This document shows positions 1 through 10,835 of a stretch of 53,170 nt of DNA, in pieces. Numbering within the stretch: position 1 is the stretch's first letter; the number at the start of each line of letters is the position of its first letter. The stretch comes from Eubacteriales bacterium (GTDB lineage Bacteria > Bacillota > Clostridia > Oscillospirales > CAG-272). Under the pieces are notes generated by a model, which was given only the letters and a program-made list of their open reading frames with translations, was not told the origin of the DNA and made no database searches. The DNA lies in NCBI GenBank assembly GCA_045602205.1, contig JAZSBF010000053.1, forward strand, positions 1 to 53,170, in the 5' to 3' direction. A program made the position numbers and the translations under genes.

Positions 1-1455
1 GCGGAAAAGTCTCTGAAGCTTGCGCTCCTCGGGAGCGTTACCCTTTTGAACCTCAGCACCGCAGCTTTCAAGCGAGTGAAGTGTGTGGGATTTTGAAGAG
101 CCCGTAGCTCCGCCGCATCCGTCGCGTCCTGTTCTTCCGCCAAGAAGTATTATAATATCTCCTGCCTCGGGAACTTCACGTCTTACGTTCTCTGCGGGAG
201 CGGCAGCGATAACCGCACCGATCTCCATTCTCTTTGCTACGTATCCGTCGTGATAAAGCTCGTCGACCTGACCTGTCGCAAGACCGATCTGGTTACCGTA
301 CGAGGAGTACCCCGCCGCCGCGGTAGTCACTATCTTTCTCTGGGGAAGCTTACCTTCCATAGTTTTGGATACCGAAAGCAAAGGATCGCCCGCACCGGTA
401 ACTCTCATTGCCGCATAAACGTAGGAACGTCCTGAAAGCGGGTCTCTGATAGCTCCGCCGATACAGGTAGCCGCTCCACCAAAGGGCTCTATCTCTGTGG
501 GGTGGTTGTGTGTCTCGTTCTTAAAGAGCAAGAGCCAATCCTGCTCCTCGCCTTCAACATTTACCTTTATCTTAACGGTACAAGCGTTTATCTCCTCAGA
601 CTCGTCAAGCTTCGGGAGCTTGCCCTCTGCCTTGAGATATCTGACGGCGATAGTAGCAACGTCCATAAGATTTATAGGCTTTGTTCTTCCAAGCTCTTTT
701 CTGATAGCTACATACTCGTCGTACGCCGCCTTGAGCATTTCGTCCTCAAACTCAACGTTGTCAATTGTCGTGAGGAATGTGGTATGACGGCAGTGATCCG
801 ACCAATATGTATCTATCATTCTGATCTCTGTGATAGTAGGATCTCTATCTTCTGTTCTGAAGTAGTCACGGCAGAAACGAATATCGTCGATATCCATAGC
901 AAGTCCGTATGCCGAGATAAACTCTGCAAGCCCTGCCTCGTCGAGAGCCGTAAATCCGTCAAGAGTCGCAACGCTTTCGGGCACCGTGTATGCCATAGCA
1001 AGCGTTTCGTACTTTTCAAAGGACGCCTCACGCGACTCAACGGGGTTGATAACATACTTCTTTATTGCCGCGAGAGCCTTGTCGTCGATATTTCCGTAAA
1101 GCTTGTATATCCTTGCGGTCTTTACGATAGGACGCTCGCCCTGAGAGATTATCTGGATACACTGTGCCGCGGAATCGGCTCTCTGATCGAACTGACCGGG
1201 GAGATATTCAACCGCGAAGTCACAGCTTCCGTCATTCTCGTAATCATACGTAACGATATCGAGCTGAGGCTCGGAGAATACCGTTGACACAGCGTAATCA
1301 AAAAGCTTCTTATCAATATTTTCAACGTCATATCTGTTGAGTATGCGAACGCCTGTAACTCCGTCTATCTGCAACAGATTCTTTATTTCTCCCAAAAGCG
1401 ACGCCGCTTCGTTTGCGAGCTCGCTCTTCTTTTCAACATAAACTCTGTAAACCAT
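1..1455 (-). CDS. purL: Phosphoribosylformylglycinamidine (FGAM) synthase, single-chain type. N-terminal 485 codons only; the gene continues past the window start.
   Basis: Absent from the ORF track because it is open at the window edge. The minus frame from the ATG at 1455-1453 reads MVYRVYVEKKSELANEAASLLGEIK. My hand translation of 1080 down to 1 found no stop. It contains FKNETHNHPTEIEPFGGAATCIGGAIRDPLSGRSYVY and ends GAEVQKGNAPEERKLQRLFR, which are classic PurL motifs. It lies directly downstream of purD. Confidence 0.93.
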   Translation of the reverse strand, partial: MVYRVYVEKKSELANEAASLLGEIKNLLQIDGVTGVRILNRYDVENIDKKLFDYAVSTVFSEPQLDIVTYDYENDGSCDFAVEYLPGQFDQRADSAAQCIQIISQGERPIVKTARIYKLYGNIDDKALAAIKKYVINPVESREASFEKYETLAMAYTVPESVATLDGFTALDEAGLAEFISAYGLAMDIDDIRFCRDYFRTEDRDPTITEIRMIDTYWSDHCRHTTFLTTIDNVEFEDEMLKAAYDEYVAIRKELGRTKPINLMDVATIAVRYLKAEGKLPKLDESEEINACTVKIKVNVEGEEQDWLLLFKNETHNHPTEIEPFGGAATCIGGAIRDPLSGRSYVYAAMRVTGAGDPLLSVSKTMEGKLPQRKIVTTAAAGYSSYGNQIGLATGQVDELYHDGYVAKRMEIGAVIAAAPAENVRREVPEAGDIIILLGGRTGRDGCGGATGSSKSHTLHSLESCGAEVQKGNAPEERKLQRLFR

Positions 1456-1477
1456 TCAGGTATATTCTCCAATCAGT

Positions 1478-2749
<1,272 letters not shown>

Positions 2750-2774
2750 ATCTTTTCTCCTTAGCAGCAAATCA

Positions 2775-3959
2775 TCAATGGTGGAAGAGTCTCATTCCTG
2801 TAAACGCCATAGTAATACCGCGCTTGTTGCACTCGTCTATAACGAGGTCGTCACGGATAGAGCCGCCGGGCTCTGCGATATAGCGTACGCCCGATGCGTG
2901 CGCGCGCTTAACGTTATCAGCGAACGGGAAGAAAGCGTCGGATGCGAGAGCTATGCGGTCAAATCCGCCAAGCCACTCTGCTCTCTCCTCTGCCGTGATA
3001 GGCGAGGGCTGTTCGGTGAAGTAGTTCTGCCAAATACCGTCAGCACATACGTCCTCCTCGTTTCCGTTGATGTATCCGTCGATAACGTTATCTCTCTCGG
3101 GACGTCCCATCGTGGAAATGAAAGGAAGCGCAAGTACCTTCGGATGCTGACGCATAAGCCAAGTATCCGCTTTAGTACCCGCAAGTCTTGTGCAGTGGAT
3201 TCTCGACTGCTGACCTGCTCCGACACCGATAGCCTGTCCGTCGGTAGCATAGCATACCGAGTTGGACTGTGTATATTTGAGTGTGATAAGCGCTACGATA
3301 AGGTCTCTCTTTGCGCTCTCGGGCAACTCCTTATTGTCTGTAACTATATTTTCAAGCAGATGCTCGCCGATCTTAAACTCGTTTCTTCCCTGCTCGAATG
3401 TGATACCGAAAACGTCCTTGGTCTCAACGGGAGCGGGACGGTATTCGGGGTCTATCTCAACTACGTTATAGTTGCCCTTTCTCTTACCCTTGAGTATCTC
3501 AAGCGCCTCGGGCTCGTATCCGGGAGCGATGATTCCATCGGAGACCTCACGCGCGATAAGCTTTGCGGTCGTAACATCACATACGTCGGAGAGCGCTACC
3601 CAGTCGCCGAATGAGCAAAGACGGTCGGTTCCGCGTGCGCGGACGTATGCGCAAGCGAGAGGAGACTCGTCGAGCCCCTCTGTATCCTCAACGAAGCAAG
3701 CCTTCTTAAGTGCCGCGTCAAGAGGAAGACCGATAGCCGCCGAGGTAGGAGAAACATGCTTGAATGAAGTAGCGGCAGGGACTCCAAGCGCCTCACGAAG
3801 CTCCTTTACAAGCTGCCATGCGTTGAACGCATCAAGAAAATTTATATATCCGGGTCTGCCGTTAAGCACCTTTATAGGAAGGTCACTTCCGTCCTTCATA
3901 AAAATGCGAGAGGGCTTCTGATTGGGGTTACAACCGTATTTAAGTTCAAATTCCTTCAT
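2775..3959 (-). CDS. purH: AICAR transformylase-only PurH-type protein (no fused MGS-type IMP cyclohydrolase domain)
   Basis: Reads MKEFELKYGCNPNQKP..., an AICARFT-domain look, about 394 aa. The ATG at 3959 is preceded by GAGGAG, which overlaps the stop of the upstream gene. Confidence 0.88.
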   Translation of the reverse strand: MKEFELKYGCNPNQKPSRIFMKDGSDLPIKVLNGRPGYINFLDAFNAWQLVKELREALGVPAATSFKHVSPTSAAIGLPLDAALKKACFVEDTEGLDESPLACAYVRARGTDRLCSFGDWVALSDVCDVTTAKLIAREVSDGIIAPGYEPEALEILKGKRKGNYNVVEIDPEYRPAPVETKDVFGITFEQGRNEFKIGEHLLENIVTDNKELPESAKRDLIVALITLKYTQSNSVCYATDGQAIGVGAGQQSRIHCTRLAGTKADTWLMRQHPKVLALPFISTMGRPERDNVIDGYINGNEEDVCADGIWQNYFTEQPSPITAEERAEWLGGFDRIALASDAFFPFADNVKRAHASGVRYIAEPGGSIRDDLVIDECNKRGITMAFTGMRLFHH

Positions 3960-3970
3960 ATTTTTTCTCC

Positions 3971-4690
3971 TCAATTATTTTTATTGATAATTATCTCTGT
4001 GGGAGTTCCGCCGTCAAGAGGTACGCTTCTTACGAACAAGGATACCTTGTTGTCGGCGTTAAGATTTTTCCAAACCACGTCAGCAAGCTCCTCGGCGGTA
4101 TCTGGAAGGACCACAACCTCAGGTTCACCGTAGAAGGACGGAATGGGATTGCCGTCGCACTCGTAGGTGTGAATAAAGTGTCCGATTCCCTTTCTCGGCG
4201 CATAGCGATAGAAATATCTGTTGCAGACCTCAGGATTTCCGTCCACGCTCTTAAGAATAGAGAGCGAGTATGTGAAATCGCCGTCTCCGTAATATGCGAT
4301 ACCCGAAATTCTGGGAGTGTAGTTGGGCGCGTCAGGCTCAAACTCGCGTGTCATAAGCGCATCCTCAAAGCTCTTAGCCGCCTCGAGCGCGTCATATATC
4401 GTATCGGTCTGGTCGCCGTTTGTTATAATGTCGATATTCTCTCTTGAAAGATAGGGATTGTAGATTATAAGGCTGGGGTCAACGAGCTTTGACTCATCAA
4501 AAGCCTTTGTTCTCATTCCGCGCTCGTAACGCTCAAAGATACGGTTGCGGCTGTTTTCACTGCGTCCCATTATAAAGTAAGCTATCATAGCGCTCTTTCC
4601 GTCGGCGCTCTTTCCGATGATTATTCCGCGTCCGGGATAGCTGTTTGTTGAAAGTAAGGATTCGATAGAATTTGTACCTTTAACGCTCAT
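3971..4690 (-). CDS. IMP cyclohydrolase, PurO (archaeal-like) family
   Basis: 239 aa with NSYPGRGIIIGKS near the N-terminus, typical of the stand-alone IMP cyclohydrolase family. It sits between purN and the AICARFT gene. Confidence 0.8.
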   Translation of the reverse strand: MSVKGTNSIESLLSTNSYPGRGIIIGKSADGKSAMIAYFIMGRSENSRNRIFERYERGMRTKAFDESKLVDPSLIIYNPYLSRENIDIITNGDQTDTIYDALEAAKSFEDALMTREFEPDAPNYTPRISGIAYYGDGDFTYSLSILKSVDGNPEVCNRYFYRYAPRKGIGHFIHTYECDGNPIPSFYGEPEVVVLPDTAEELADVVWKNLNADNKVSLFVRSVPLDGGTPTEIIINKNN

Positions 4691-4691
4691 T

Positions 4692-5321
4692 TTATTTTTT
4701 CACCTTTCTTTGTGCGATTATTTCTTTTGAAACAAGCTCGACAGCGCGGGGCAAAATTATCCATTCAGCTTGTCTCATAACGCGCCCCTGAAGACTCTCG
4801 GGAGTTTCTCCCTTCTTGACAGAAACGCTTTTCTGAAGAATTATCTCTCCGCCGTCGGGGATCTCGTTAACGTAATGCACGGTAGCTCCCGTGACCTTTA
4901 CACCGTAATCAAGCGCCGCCTCGTGAACACGAAGTCCGTAAAAACCTTTTCCGCAAAAGGACGGAATAAGCGAGGGGTGAACGTTGATTATTCTGCGTTC
5001 GTAACGTCTTGTAAAGCTTGCGCTGAGAATACTCATAAATCCCGCAAGGACTATAAGCTCTATTCCGTTCTCCTCAAGAGTCGCAACAAGCTTTTCCTCA
5101 AAGACCTCCTGCGAGCCGCATTCCTTCTTAGAGATTATCTCCACGGGGATATTTGCGTTCTGCGCTCTCGTTATCGCGTACGCAGAGGGATTATTTGAAA
5201 CAACAAGAGATATCTCCGCGCTCTTTATAACCTTTGCAATAGACGCATCTATTATAGCCTGCAGATTAGTTCCTCCGCCCGAGACCAATACAGCGACCTT
5301 TACCTTAGTATTCTTTTTCAT
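4692..5321 (-). CDS. purN: Phosphoribosylglycinamide formyltransferase
   Basis: Contains VAVLVSGGGTNLQAIID ... NVHPSLIPSFCG, the PurN signature. Sits within the pur operon. Confidence 0.94.
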   Translation of the reverse strand: MKKNTKVKVAVLVSGGGTNLQAIIDASIAKVIKSAEISLVVSNNPSAYAITRAQNANIPVEIISKKECGSQEVFEEKLVATLEENGIELIVLAGFMSILSASFTRRYERRIINVHPSLIPSFCGKGFYGLRVHEAALDYGVKVTGATVHYVNEIPDGGEIILQKSVSVKKGETPESLQGRVMRQAEWIILPRAVELVSKEIIAQRKVKK

Positions 5322-5348
5322 TTATCCTAACTCCTGTTTCAAGTGTTA

Positions 5349-6389
5349 TCAGTAAATAATAACACCCTCGTCGCCCTTAACGATCTCGCCGATAACGTAA
5401 GCGTCCTCACCGTGAGCCTTGAGTATCTCAAGCGCCGTATCGACCTCGTCTGCGGGAACGGTTATGCTCATACCAACGCCCATATTATAGGTGTTGAACA
5501 TATCTCTCTCGGGTATATTGCCTGTCTTTGCGATAAGCTCGAAGATAGGAAGCACCTTAACCGCGCTTCTGTCTATCTTAGCTGTATAGCCCTTGGGAAG
5601 CGCTCTCGGGATATTCTCGTAAAATCCTCCGCCTGTAATGTGGCTGATTCCCTTTACGTTCACCTTTTCAAGAAGCGCAAGAACGCTCTTAACGTATATC
5701 TTCGTAGGTGTGAGAAGTGTCTCAGCTATGCTTGCTCCGCCAAGCTCGTCGCAAGGAACGTAAAGTGAGTCGGGATTGTTGTCTATATCAAACACCTTTC
5801 TCACGAGCGAGAATCCATTTGAGTGAATTCCGCTCGATGCAAGAGCGATGACCACGTCGCCCTCAGCTGTCTTTGTGTTATCGAGTATCTTCTTCTTGTC
5901 AACTATTCCAACGGCAAATCCCGCAAGGTCATATTCCTCTGTGGGCATCATACCGGGGTGCTCGGCAGTCTCTCCGCCTATAAGAGCCGCGCCCGACTGA
6001 ACGCACCCTTCGGCAACACCGCCAACAATAGCCGCTATCTTTTCGGGAATATTCTTTCCGCAAGCTATGTAGTCAAGGAAGAACAAGGGTCTTGCGCCGC
6101 AGCAGATGATATCGTTCACACACATCGCAACCGCGTCTATTCCAATAGTATCGTGCTTGTCCATAAGGATAGCCATCTTCACCTTTGTTCCGCATCCGTC
6201 AGTTCCCGAAACAAGCACGGGGTTCTCATATCCTACGGGAAGTCCGAAGCATCCTCCGAATCCACCTACGTCATCAAGGCATCCCTCGTTTTTGGTTCTT
6301 GCGATATGAGCCTTCATAAGCTCGACCGCCTTGTATCCGGCAGTTATATCAACACCCGCCGCCTTATAGCTCTCACTGTAACTTTTCAT
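5349..6389 (-). CDS. purM: Phosphoribosylformylglycinamidine cyclo-ligase (AIR synthetase)
   Basis: Contains YKAAGVDITAGYKAVELMK ... GTDGCGTKVK, the PurM look, 346 aa. Confidence 0.95.
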   Translation of the reverse strand: MKSYSESYKAAGVDITAGYKAVELMKAHIARTKNEGCLDDVGGFGGCFGLPVGYENPVLVSGTDGCGTKVKMAILMDKHDTIGIDAVAMCVNDIICCGARPLFFLDYIACGKNIPEKIAAIVGGVAEGCVQSGAALIGGETAEHPGMMPTEEYDLAGFAVGIVDKKKILDNTKTAEGDVVIALASSGIHSNGFSLVRKVFDIDNNPDSLYVPCDELGGASIAETLLTPTKIYVKSVLALLEKVNVKGISHITGGGFYENIPRALPKGYTAKIDRSAVKVLPIFELIAKTGNIPERDMFNTYNMGVGMSITVPADEVDTALEILKAHGEDAYVIGEIVKGDEGVIIY

Positions 6390-6427
6390 CTCTGATCCTT
6401 GCCTTTCGTTTATTGTTATTTTAATAA

Positions 6428-6922
6428 TTACTTGTTGTATTTTTCTTCGATCGCGCGATTCTTCTCAAGAACCTTCTGGGCTCCCGCCTTGCGCGCGTCG
6501 TCAAGCTTCTTTGCGAGTCCTTCGTCCTCGACCGCGAGTATCTGTACAGCGATAAGAGCCGCATTTGCCGCGCCGTCGATAGCAACAGTAGCTACGGGAA
6601 TTCCCGTAGGCATCTGAACAGTTGCGAGAAGCGCGTCCATTCCGTCAAGATTCTTTGACTTGACAGGTATTCCTATTACAGGAAGAGTTGTATTAGCCGC
6701 AACCGCCCCCGCAAGATGCGCCGCCATACCCGCCGCCGCGATTATAGCTCCAAATCCGTTCTTTCTGGCATTTGCGGAAAATTCCTTTGCCTCTACGGGT
6801 GTTCTGTGAGCGGAATAAACGTGCACCTCATACGGCACTCCGTACTCCGCGAGAGTATTGATCGCCTTTTCAACTATCGGAAGGTCGCTGTCGCTACCCA
6901 TAAGAATTCCAACTTTTTTCAT
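6428..6922 (-). CDS. purE: N5-carboxyaminoimidazole ribonucleotide mutase (class I signature SAHRTP)
   Basis: Reads MKKVGILMGSDSDLPIV ... YSAHRTP. The ATG at 6922 has GGAGGT 5 nt upstream. The longer track ORF (to 7054) would run through the riboswitch and terminator, so I rejected that start. Confidence 0.94.
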   Translation of the reverse strand: MKKVGILMGSDSDLPIVEKAINTLAEYGVPYEVHVYSAHRTPVEAKEFSANARKNGFGAIIAAAGMAAHLAGAVAANTTLPVIGIPVKSKNLDGMDALLATVQMPTGIPVATVAIDGAANAALIAVQILAVEDEGLAKKLDDARKAGAQKVLEKNRAIEEKYNK

Positions 6923-6937
6923 TTTTACCTCCAAATC

Positions 6938-6980
6938 AAAATAAAATTGGGCAGTCCTATCCCACACGGAAGGACTGCCC
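6938..6980 (-). terminator. Intrinsic terminator acting as the riboswitch expression platform upstream of purE
   Basis: The minus strand reads GGGCAGUCC-(14 nt loop)-GGACUGCCC followed by AAUUUUAUUUU. The stem occupies 6949-6980 and the U-tract 6938-6948. Confidence 0.75.
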
Positions 6981-7045
6981 AGGCGGTCGGCAATATTATT
7001 CTCTGCTTCCGCATGGTTATTTCCACTTATCCGCCGGTAACAGAA
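6976..7045 (-). promoter_or_regulatory. ZTP (pfl motif) riboswitch aptamer
   Basis: The minus strand reads UUCUGUUACCGGCGGAUAAGUGGAAAUAACCAUGCGGAAGCAGAG-(14 nt)-CCGCCUGGGCA. P1 is UUCUG/CAGAG, J1/2 is ACCGGCG, P2 is GUGG/CCAU, and the distal CCGCCUGGGCA can pair with GGCGG. Its 3-prime end overlaps the 5-prime arm of the terminator. Confidence 0.7.
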
Positions 7046-7083
7046 AATCCGCAAGTCTTTTTCGACTTGTTATTTCTTTATTT

Positions 7084-7112
7084 ATTATATCACATCAACA
7101 AATAATTGTCAA
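7084..7112 (-). promoter_or_regulatory. Sigma-A type promoter of the pur operon
   Basis: On the minus strand, TTGACA (7112-7107), a 17 nt spacer, then TATAAT (7089-7084). Confidence 0.5.
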
Positions 7113-7147
7113 CAACGCATTTCTATATCAAAAGAAATTTTTCGACA

Positions 7148-7187
7148 AAAAGAAAGACGTGATTTGTGGATATGCCACAAATCACGC
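7148..7187 (-). terminator. Terminator of the lipoprotein gene 7211-7843
   Basis: Inverted repeat CGTGATTTGTGG / CCACAAATCACG (7158-7186), followed on the minus strand by UCUUUCUUUUU. Confidence 0.55.
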
Positions 7188-7210
7188 CATAATATCTTTA
7201 ACATTAAATA

Positions 7211-7843
7211 TCAGTCGACAAGAATCAAGGTTTTAAGAACATTCTCTACCAGATCGGGATCGGCAACCGCCTCGGTAACCGTCACCGTATATGTGAGGGA
7301 GCCGCAGTCAAGAATATACTGTGTCTGCTTGATCGTTGTGTTGTTGAAATCAGTGTTATGAGATATAACTGTAATTTCTATACCATTATTAGTCTTGTGG
7401 GACACCTTAACATTTGATACTGCCATACCCAAGCTATCATAAATAGGCTTCATGGTACTGTTGAAGGAAGCCACTGTCATATTCTTATAGATATCCGTTT
7501 TAGGTTCATATGCCACAGTGATATTATTAGAGTTCTCGGTGTTTTGGAAAGTCTCAACAGACGCGTCGGTCTTTACCCAGCCCTCAGGGTAAGCAAATGA
7601 TATATCGTTGTTTTTATAAAGTGTATAATCATCAGGAACAACTATGCCTGTTGTAGCCGCTGCCGTGGTAGCTGCAGTGGTAGCAGCAGTGGTTGCTGCT
7701 GTTGTAGCCGCTGCTGTGGTAGCAGCAGTGGTTACCGCTTTAGTTTTTTCACTATCATCATCAGAAGGATCACAAGCAGTAAACACAGCAAGAGAACCTA
7801 AAACAAAAACAAAAACGAGCATTAAAGAAATAAATTTTTTCAT
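7211..7843 (-). CDS. Secreted lipoprotein of unknown function with a (TTAA)n-type Thr/Ala linker
   Basis: Signal peptide plus lipobox (MKKFISLMLVFVFVLGSLAVFTAC), then the low-complexity stretch TTAATTAAATTAATTAATTAATTAAATT, then a globular C-terminal domain. Confidence 0.8.
   Translation of the reverse strand: MKKFISLMLVFVFVLGSLAVFTACDPSDDDSEKTKAVTTAATTAAATTAATTAATTAATTAAATTGIVVPDDYTLYKNNDISFAYPEGWVKTDASVETFQNTENSNNITVAYEPKTDIYKNMTVASFNSTMKPIYDSLGMAVSNVKVSHKTNNGIEITVISHNTDFNNTTIKQTQYILDCGSLTYTVTVTEAVADPDLVENVLKTLILVD
7650..7735 (-). repeat. In-frame imperfect 12-nt tandem repeat encoding the Thr-Thr-Ala-Ala linker
   Basis: The forward strand shows about seven GCNGCNGTNGTN-type units (gtggtagctgca, gtggtagcagca, gtggttgctgct ...). 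Confidence 0.8.
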
Positions 7844-8023
7844 AAATCTCCTCCTTCAAAGGGTTGCTACATCCATTATATACTATCATTAATCTCCTGT
7901 CAACCATTTTTTTACACAGAATCTTCTTATCAAGGCGCTCTCACCAATCAAAAAAATCAGGCATATTTTCCTCTCAATTGCAAATAATAACAATACAATT
8001 TATCGAAAGGAACTTATAGTTTT

Positions 8024-9331
8024 ATGAACAAACCTCAAATAATAAAGTGTTGCGCGCGCGAAATTATCGATTCAAGAGGCAACCCTACTGTTGAAAGCTC
8101 GGTATTTCTAGCAGACGGAACGGTCGGAGTGGCGAGTGTGCCGTCGGGCGCGTCGACAGGTATATACGAAGCGCACGAGCTGCGCGATGGCGACAAAAAA
8201 AGATTTAACGGGAAAGGTGTCACAAAGGCTGTCTGCAACGTCTGCCGAACGATATCGCCGAGCATAGCAGGTGTCAGCGCCGCCGAACAGCGTGAGCTTG
8301 ATAATCTTCTCATAAAGCTCGACGGAACGAAGGAGAAATCAAAGCTTGGCGCAAACGCCATCTTGTCTGTATCTCTTGCCACCGCAAGAGCCGCGGCAAA
8401 CTGGTATCATATTCCTCTTTACAAATATCTTGGCGGAGTGGATTCCTTCAGACTTCCCGTTCCTATGATGAATATCCTAAACGGCGGCGCTCATGCGGCA
8501 AATAACGTTGAGATACAGGAATTTATGATAGTCCCCGTGGGAGCAAAAAGCTTTGCCGAAGCCTTGCGCGCGGGAAGTGAGATATATGCGGAGCTTGGCA
8601 AGCTTCTCCGTCAAAAAGGATATTCCACGACTGTCGGCGATGAGGGTGGATACGCCCCCGACCTCAAGAGCGACGAGGAGGCTATCGAGCTTATCGTATG
8701 CGCTATAAAAAGCGCGGGATACGACACCTCATCCGTTATGATAGCCCTTGATGCCGCCGCTTCGGAGTGGTATTCCGAGGACAACTCATACTTTATGCCA
8801 AAAAGGCGAAAGTCTTACAGCCGTGACGAGCTTATACACTACTGGTGCGACCTTGTAGCCAAATATCCCATAATGTCCATCGAGGACGCGCTTGACCAAC
8901 GCGACTTTGAGGCTTGGAAAAAGCTTACCGAACGCCTTGGAAATAAAATCATGCTTGTCGGCGACGACCTCTTTGTGACCAACACCGAAAGACTAAAGGA
9001 GGGTATCTCGAAGGGCGCGGCAAACGCCATCCTCATAAAGCCTAATCAGATAGGAACGCTGAGCGAAACGCTTGATGTTATCCACACCGCAAAGGAGGCG
9101 GGGTACAGATTTATCCTCTCACACAGAAGCGGTGAGACCGAGGACACCACTATCGCCGACATCGCGGTAGCCCTCAACGCCCCGTTTATAAAGGCGGGAG
9201 CGCCCTGCCGTACAGAACGAGTCGCAAAATACAACAGACTGTTAAGGATAGAATCCGCCATAGGCAGCGGCGCTCATTTTGGATTTATGAATATGCCGAG
9301 TGCCGAGTCCGAAAAGGTATACGAAATATAA
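8024..9331 (+). CDS. eno: Enolase (phosphopyruvate hydratase)
   Basis: 435 aa with [13 protein letters not shown] ... [18 protein letters not shown]. Confidence 0.97.
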   Translation: MNKPQIIKCCAREIIDSRGNPTVESSVFLADGTVGVASVPSGASTGIYEAHELRDGDKKRFNGKGVTKAVCNVCRTISPSIAGVSAAEQRELDNLLIKLDGTKEKSKLGANAILSVSLATARAAANWYHIPLYKYLGGVDSFRLPVPMMNILNGGAHAANNVEIQEFMIVPVGAKSFAEALRAGSEIYAELGKLLRQKGYSTTVGDEGGYAPDLKSDEEAIELIVCAIKSAGYDTSSVMIALDAAASEWYSEDNSYFMPKRRKSYSRDELIHYWCDLVAKYPIMSIEDALDQRDFEAWKKLTERLGNKIMLVGDDLFVTNTERLKEGISKGAANAILIKPNQIGTLSETLDVIHTAKEAGYRFILSHRSGETEDTTIADIAVALNAPFIKAGAPCRTERVAKYNRLLRIESAIGSGAHFGFMNMPSAESEKVYEI

Positions 9332-9334
9332 AAA

Positions 9335-9371
9335 ACATTCCCGATATCGAAAATATCGGGAATGTTTTTTT
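9335..9371. terminator. Bidirectional terminator between eno and the M20 peptidase gene
   Basis: Stem ACATTCCCGATAT / ATATCGGGAATGT, flanked by an A-run upstream and a T-run downstream. Confidence 0.75.
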
Positions 9372-9386
9372 ATGTCGATATAAAAA

Positions 9387-10823
9387 TCAGCACTGCTTCA
9401 TAAGTCTTATATAAAACTCTATCGCCTTTTTAACGGTATCAAGTCTTATTCTCTCATTATTGCCGTGGATAGTCTTTCTTTCCTCGCTCGTAAGATCCAT
9501 AGCTGAAAAACGGTACACGTGATTCGATATCTCGCCGTAGTGACGGCTGTCTGAGCACTGAACCATAAGATACGGAGCAACGATACAGCCCTTCCACGTG
9601 TTTGCAACGGCATGAGCCACCTTATCCCACGCGGGACAATCGGTCTCTGATATAGGACTCGGCTCCATTCCGCCCGTGGCGCTGAGCTTGACATCGTCGT
9701 TCGCCACCGTTTTGCGTATGCGCTCAAGCGCGCCCTCAACGCTATCCTCGGGATTAAGTCTGATATTCGCAACCATAGACGCCGACGGGGGTATAACGTT
9801 CGGCGCAAGGCTTCCCGACGCCTGAGTAAACGCGACCGTCGTTCTGAGCAGAGCGTTAAGCTCTCCGCCGCTGCTCTTGCATATCATATTAAGAACTCCG
9901 CTAAATAGCCACATATTAGAGAATATCACTCTGTAAACGAAGCTTGAATGTCTGCCAAGCGTGTCAAACATCTCTGCCGCAGGCTTTGTAAGGTGCATCG
10001 GAAATGGGTGCGCCTCAACCTTACAGCAAGCCTCGGAAAGCACTCCGATAGGTGTGTGCGGCGTGGGCGCTGACGCGTGTCCGCCCGAGGATTCCACCGA
10101 AAAGCTGAGATTCATCATTCCCTTTTCGGCAATTCCTATGAGTCCGCAGCTCTCCTTTACTCCGGGGAAAACTCCTTCAACAACAGCTCCGCCCTCGTCA
10201 ACGACGAGCGCAGGCTGAATGTGGTTCTCCGCAAAGTAAGCGACTATGTTTTCAGCTCCCTTTCCATTGACCTCCTCGCCGCCCGAAAAGGCAAACCAGA
10301 TATCATTTTCGGGAACAAATCCCTCGGATATGAGTGTGTTTGCGGCGTAAAGCACGCCGTTGAAGGTGACCTTCGTGTCAAGCGAGCCTCTGCCCCAAAG
10401 AACTCCGTCCTCAATTATTGCCTCAAAGGGAGGCTTTGCCCAATTTTCTTCCTCGACGGGAACAACGTCGTAATGTGCCATCATGACAGACGGCTCGCTA
10501 TCGCTCTTTCCCTTCCATCTGAATAAGAGCGCTCTATCGGGAAGCTTGCGGAATTCACAAGTGTTCATAACCTTGGGATAAAGCTCGGGCAAAAGCGCTA
10601 TAAGCTTTTCGAACTCGGCGTCGTCCTCAAGAGAGCGGTCGTAATACGACACCGTCTTACAGCGTATCAGCTCTTGAAGCGCCGACACCGCCTTGTCGGC
10701 GTCAAAGCTAACCTCGTCCGTGCCAAGCGGCTTCTGTTTTTTTGGCTTGAAGCGAGCCGCCCTTATAAGTATCACGGCTAAAAACACTGCTAAAAGTCCT
10801 AAAACTATATACAATGCTATCAT
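9387..10823 (-). CDS. Membrane-anchored M20/M25/M40 family metallopeptidase
   Basis: N-terminal TM helix (MIALYIVLGLLAVFLAVILI), then M20-like blocks (MMAHYDVVPV, GRGSLDTK, SGGEEV, VDEGG, GGHAS). Confidence 0.85.
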   Translation of the reverse strand: MIALYIVLGLLAVFLAVILIRAARFKPKKQKPLGTDEVSFDADKAVSALQELIRCKTVSYYDRSLEDDAEFEKLIALLPELYPKVMNTCEFRKLPDRALLFRWKGKSDSEPSVMMAHYDVVPVEEENWAKPPFEAIIEDGVLWGRGSLDTKVTFNGVLYAANTLISEGFVPENDIWFAFSGGEEVNGKGAENIVAYFAENHIQPALVVDEGGAVVEGVFPGVKESCGLIGIAEKGMMNLSFSVESSGGHASAPTPHTPIGVLSEACCKVEAHPFPMHLTKPAAEMFDTLGRHSSFVYRVIFSNMWLFSGVLNMICKSSGGELNALLRTTVAFTQASGSLAPNVIPPSASMVANIRLNPEDSVEGALERIRKTVANDDVKLSATGGMEPSPISETDCPAWDKVAHAVANTWKGCIVAPYLMVQCSDSRHYGEISNHVYRFSAMDLTSEERKTIHGNNERIRLDTVKKAIEFYIRLMKQC

Positions 10824-10835
10824 ATCGTCCTCCTA

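Noticed and set aside
6923-7054. An N-terminal extension of purE (track ORF starts at 7054)
   Set aside because: The extension would be translated through the ZTP aptamer and terminator and has no RBS. A strong GGAGG RBS precedes the MKKVGILMGS start at 6922.
6940-7060. A purine (guanine/adenine) riboswitch upstream of purE
   Set aside because: The leader lacks the three-way junction core of the purine aptamer and instead shows the ACCGGCG ... CCGCCUGGGCA signature of the ZTP motif.
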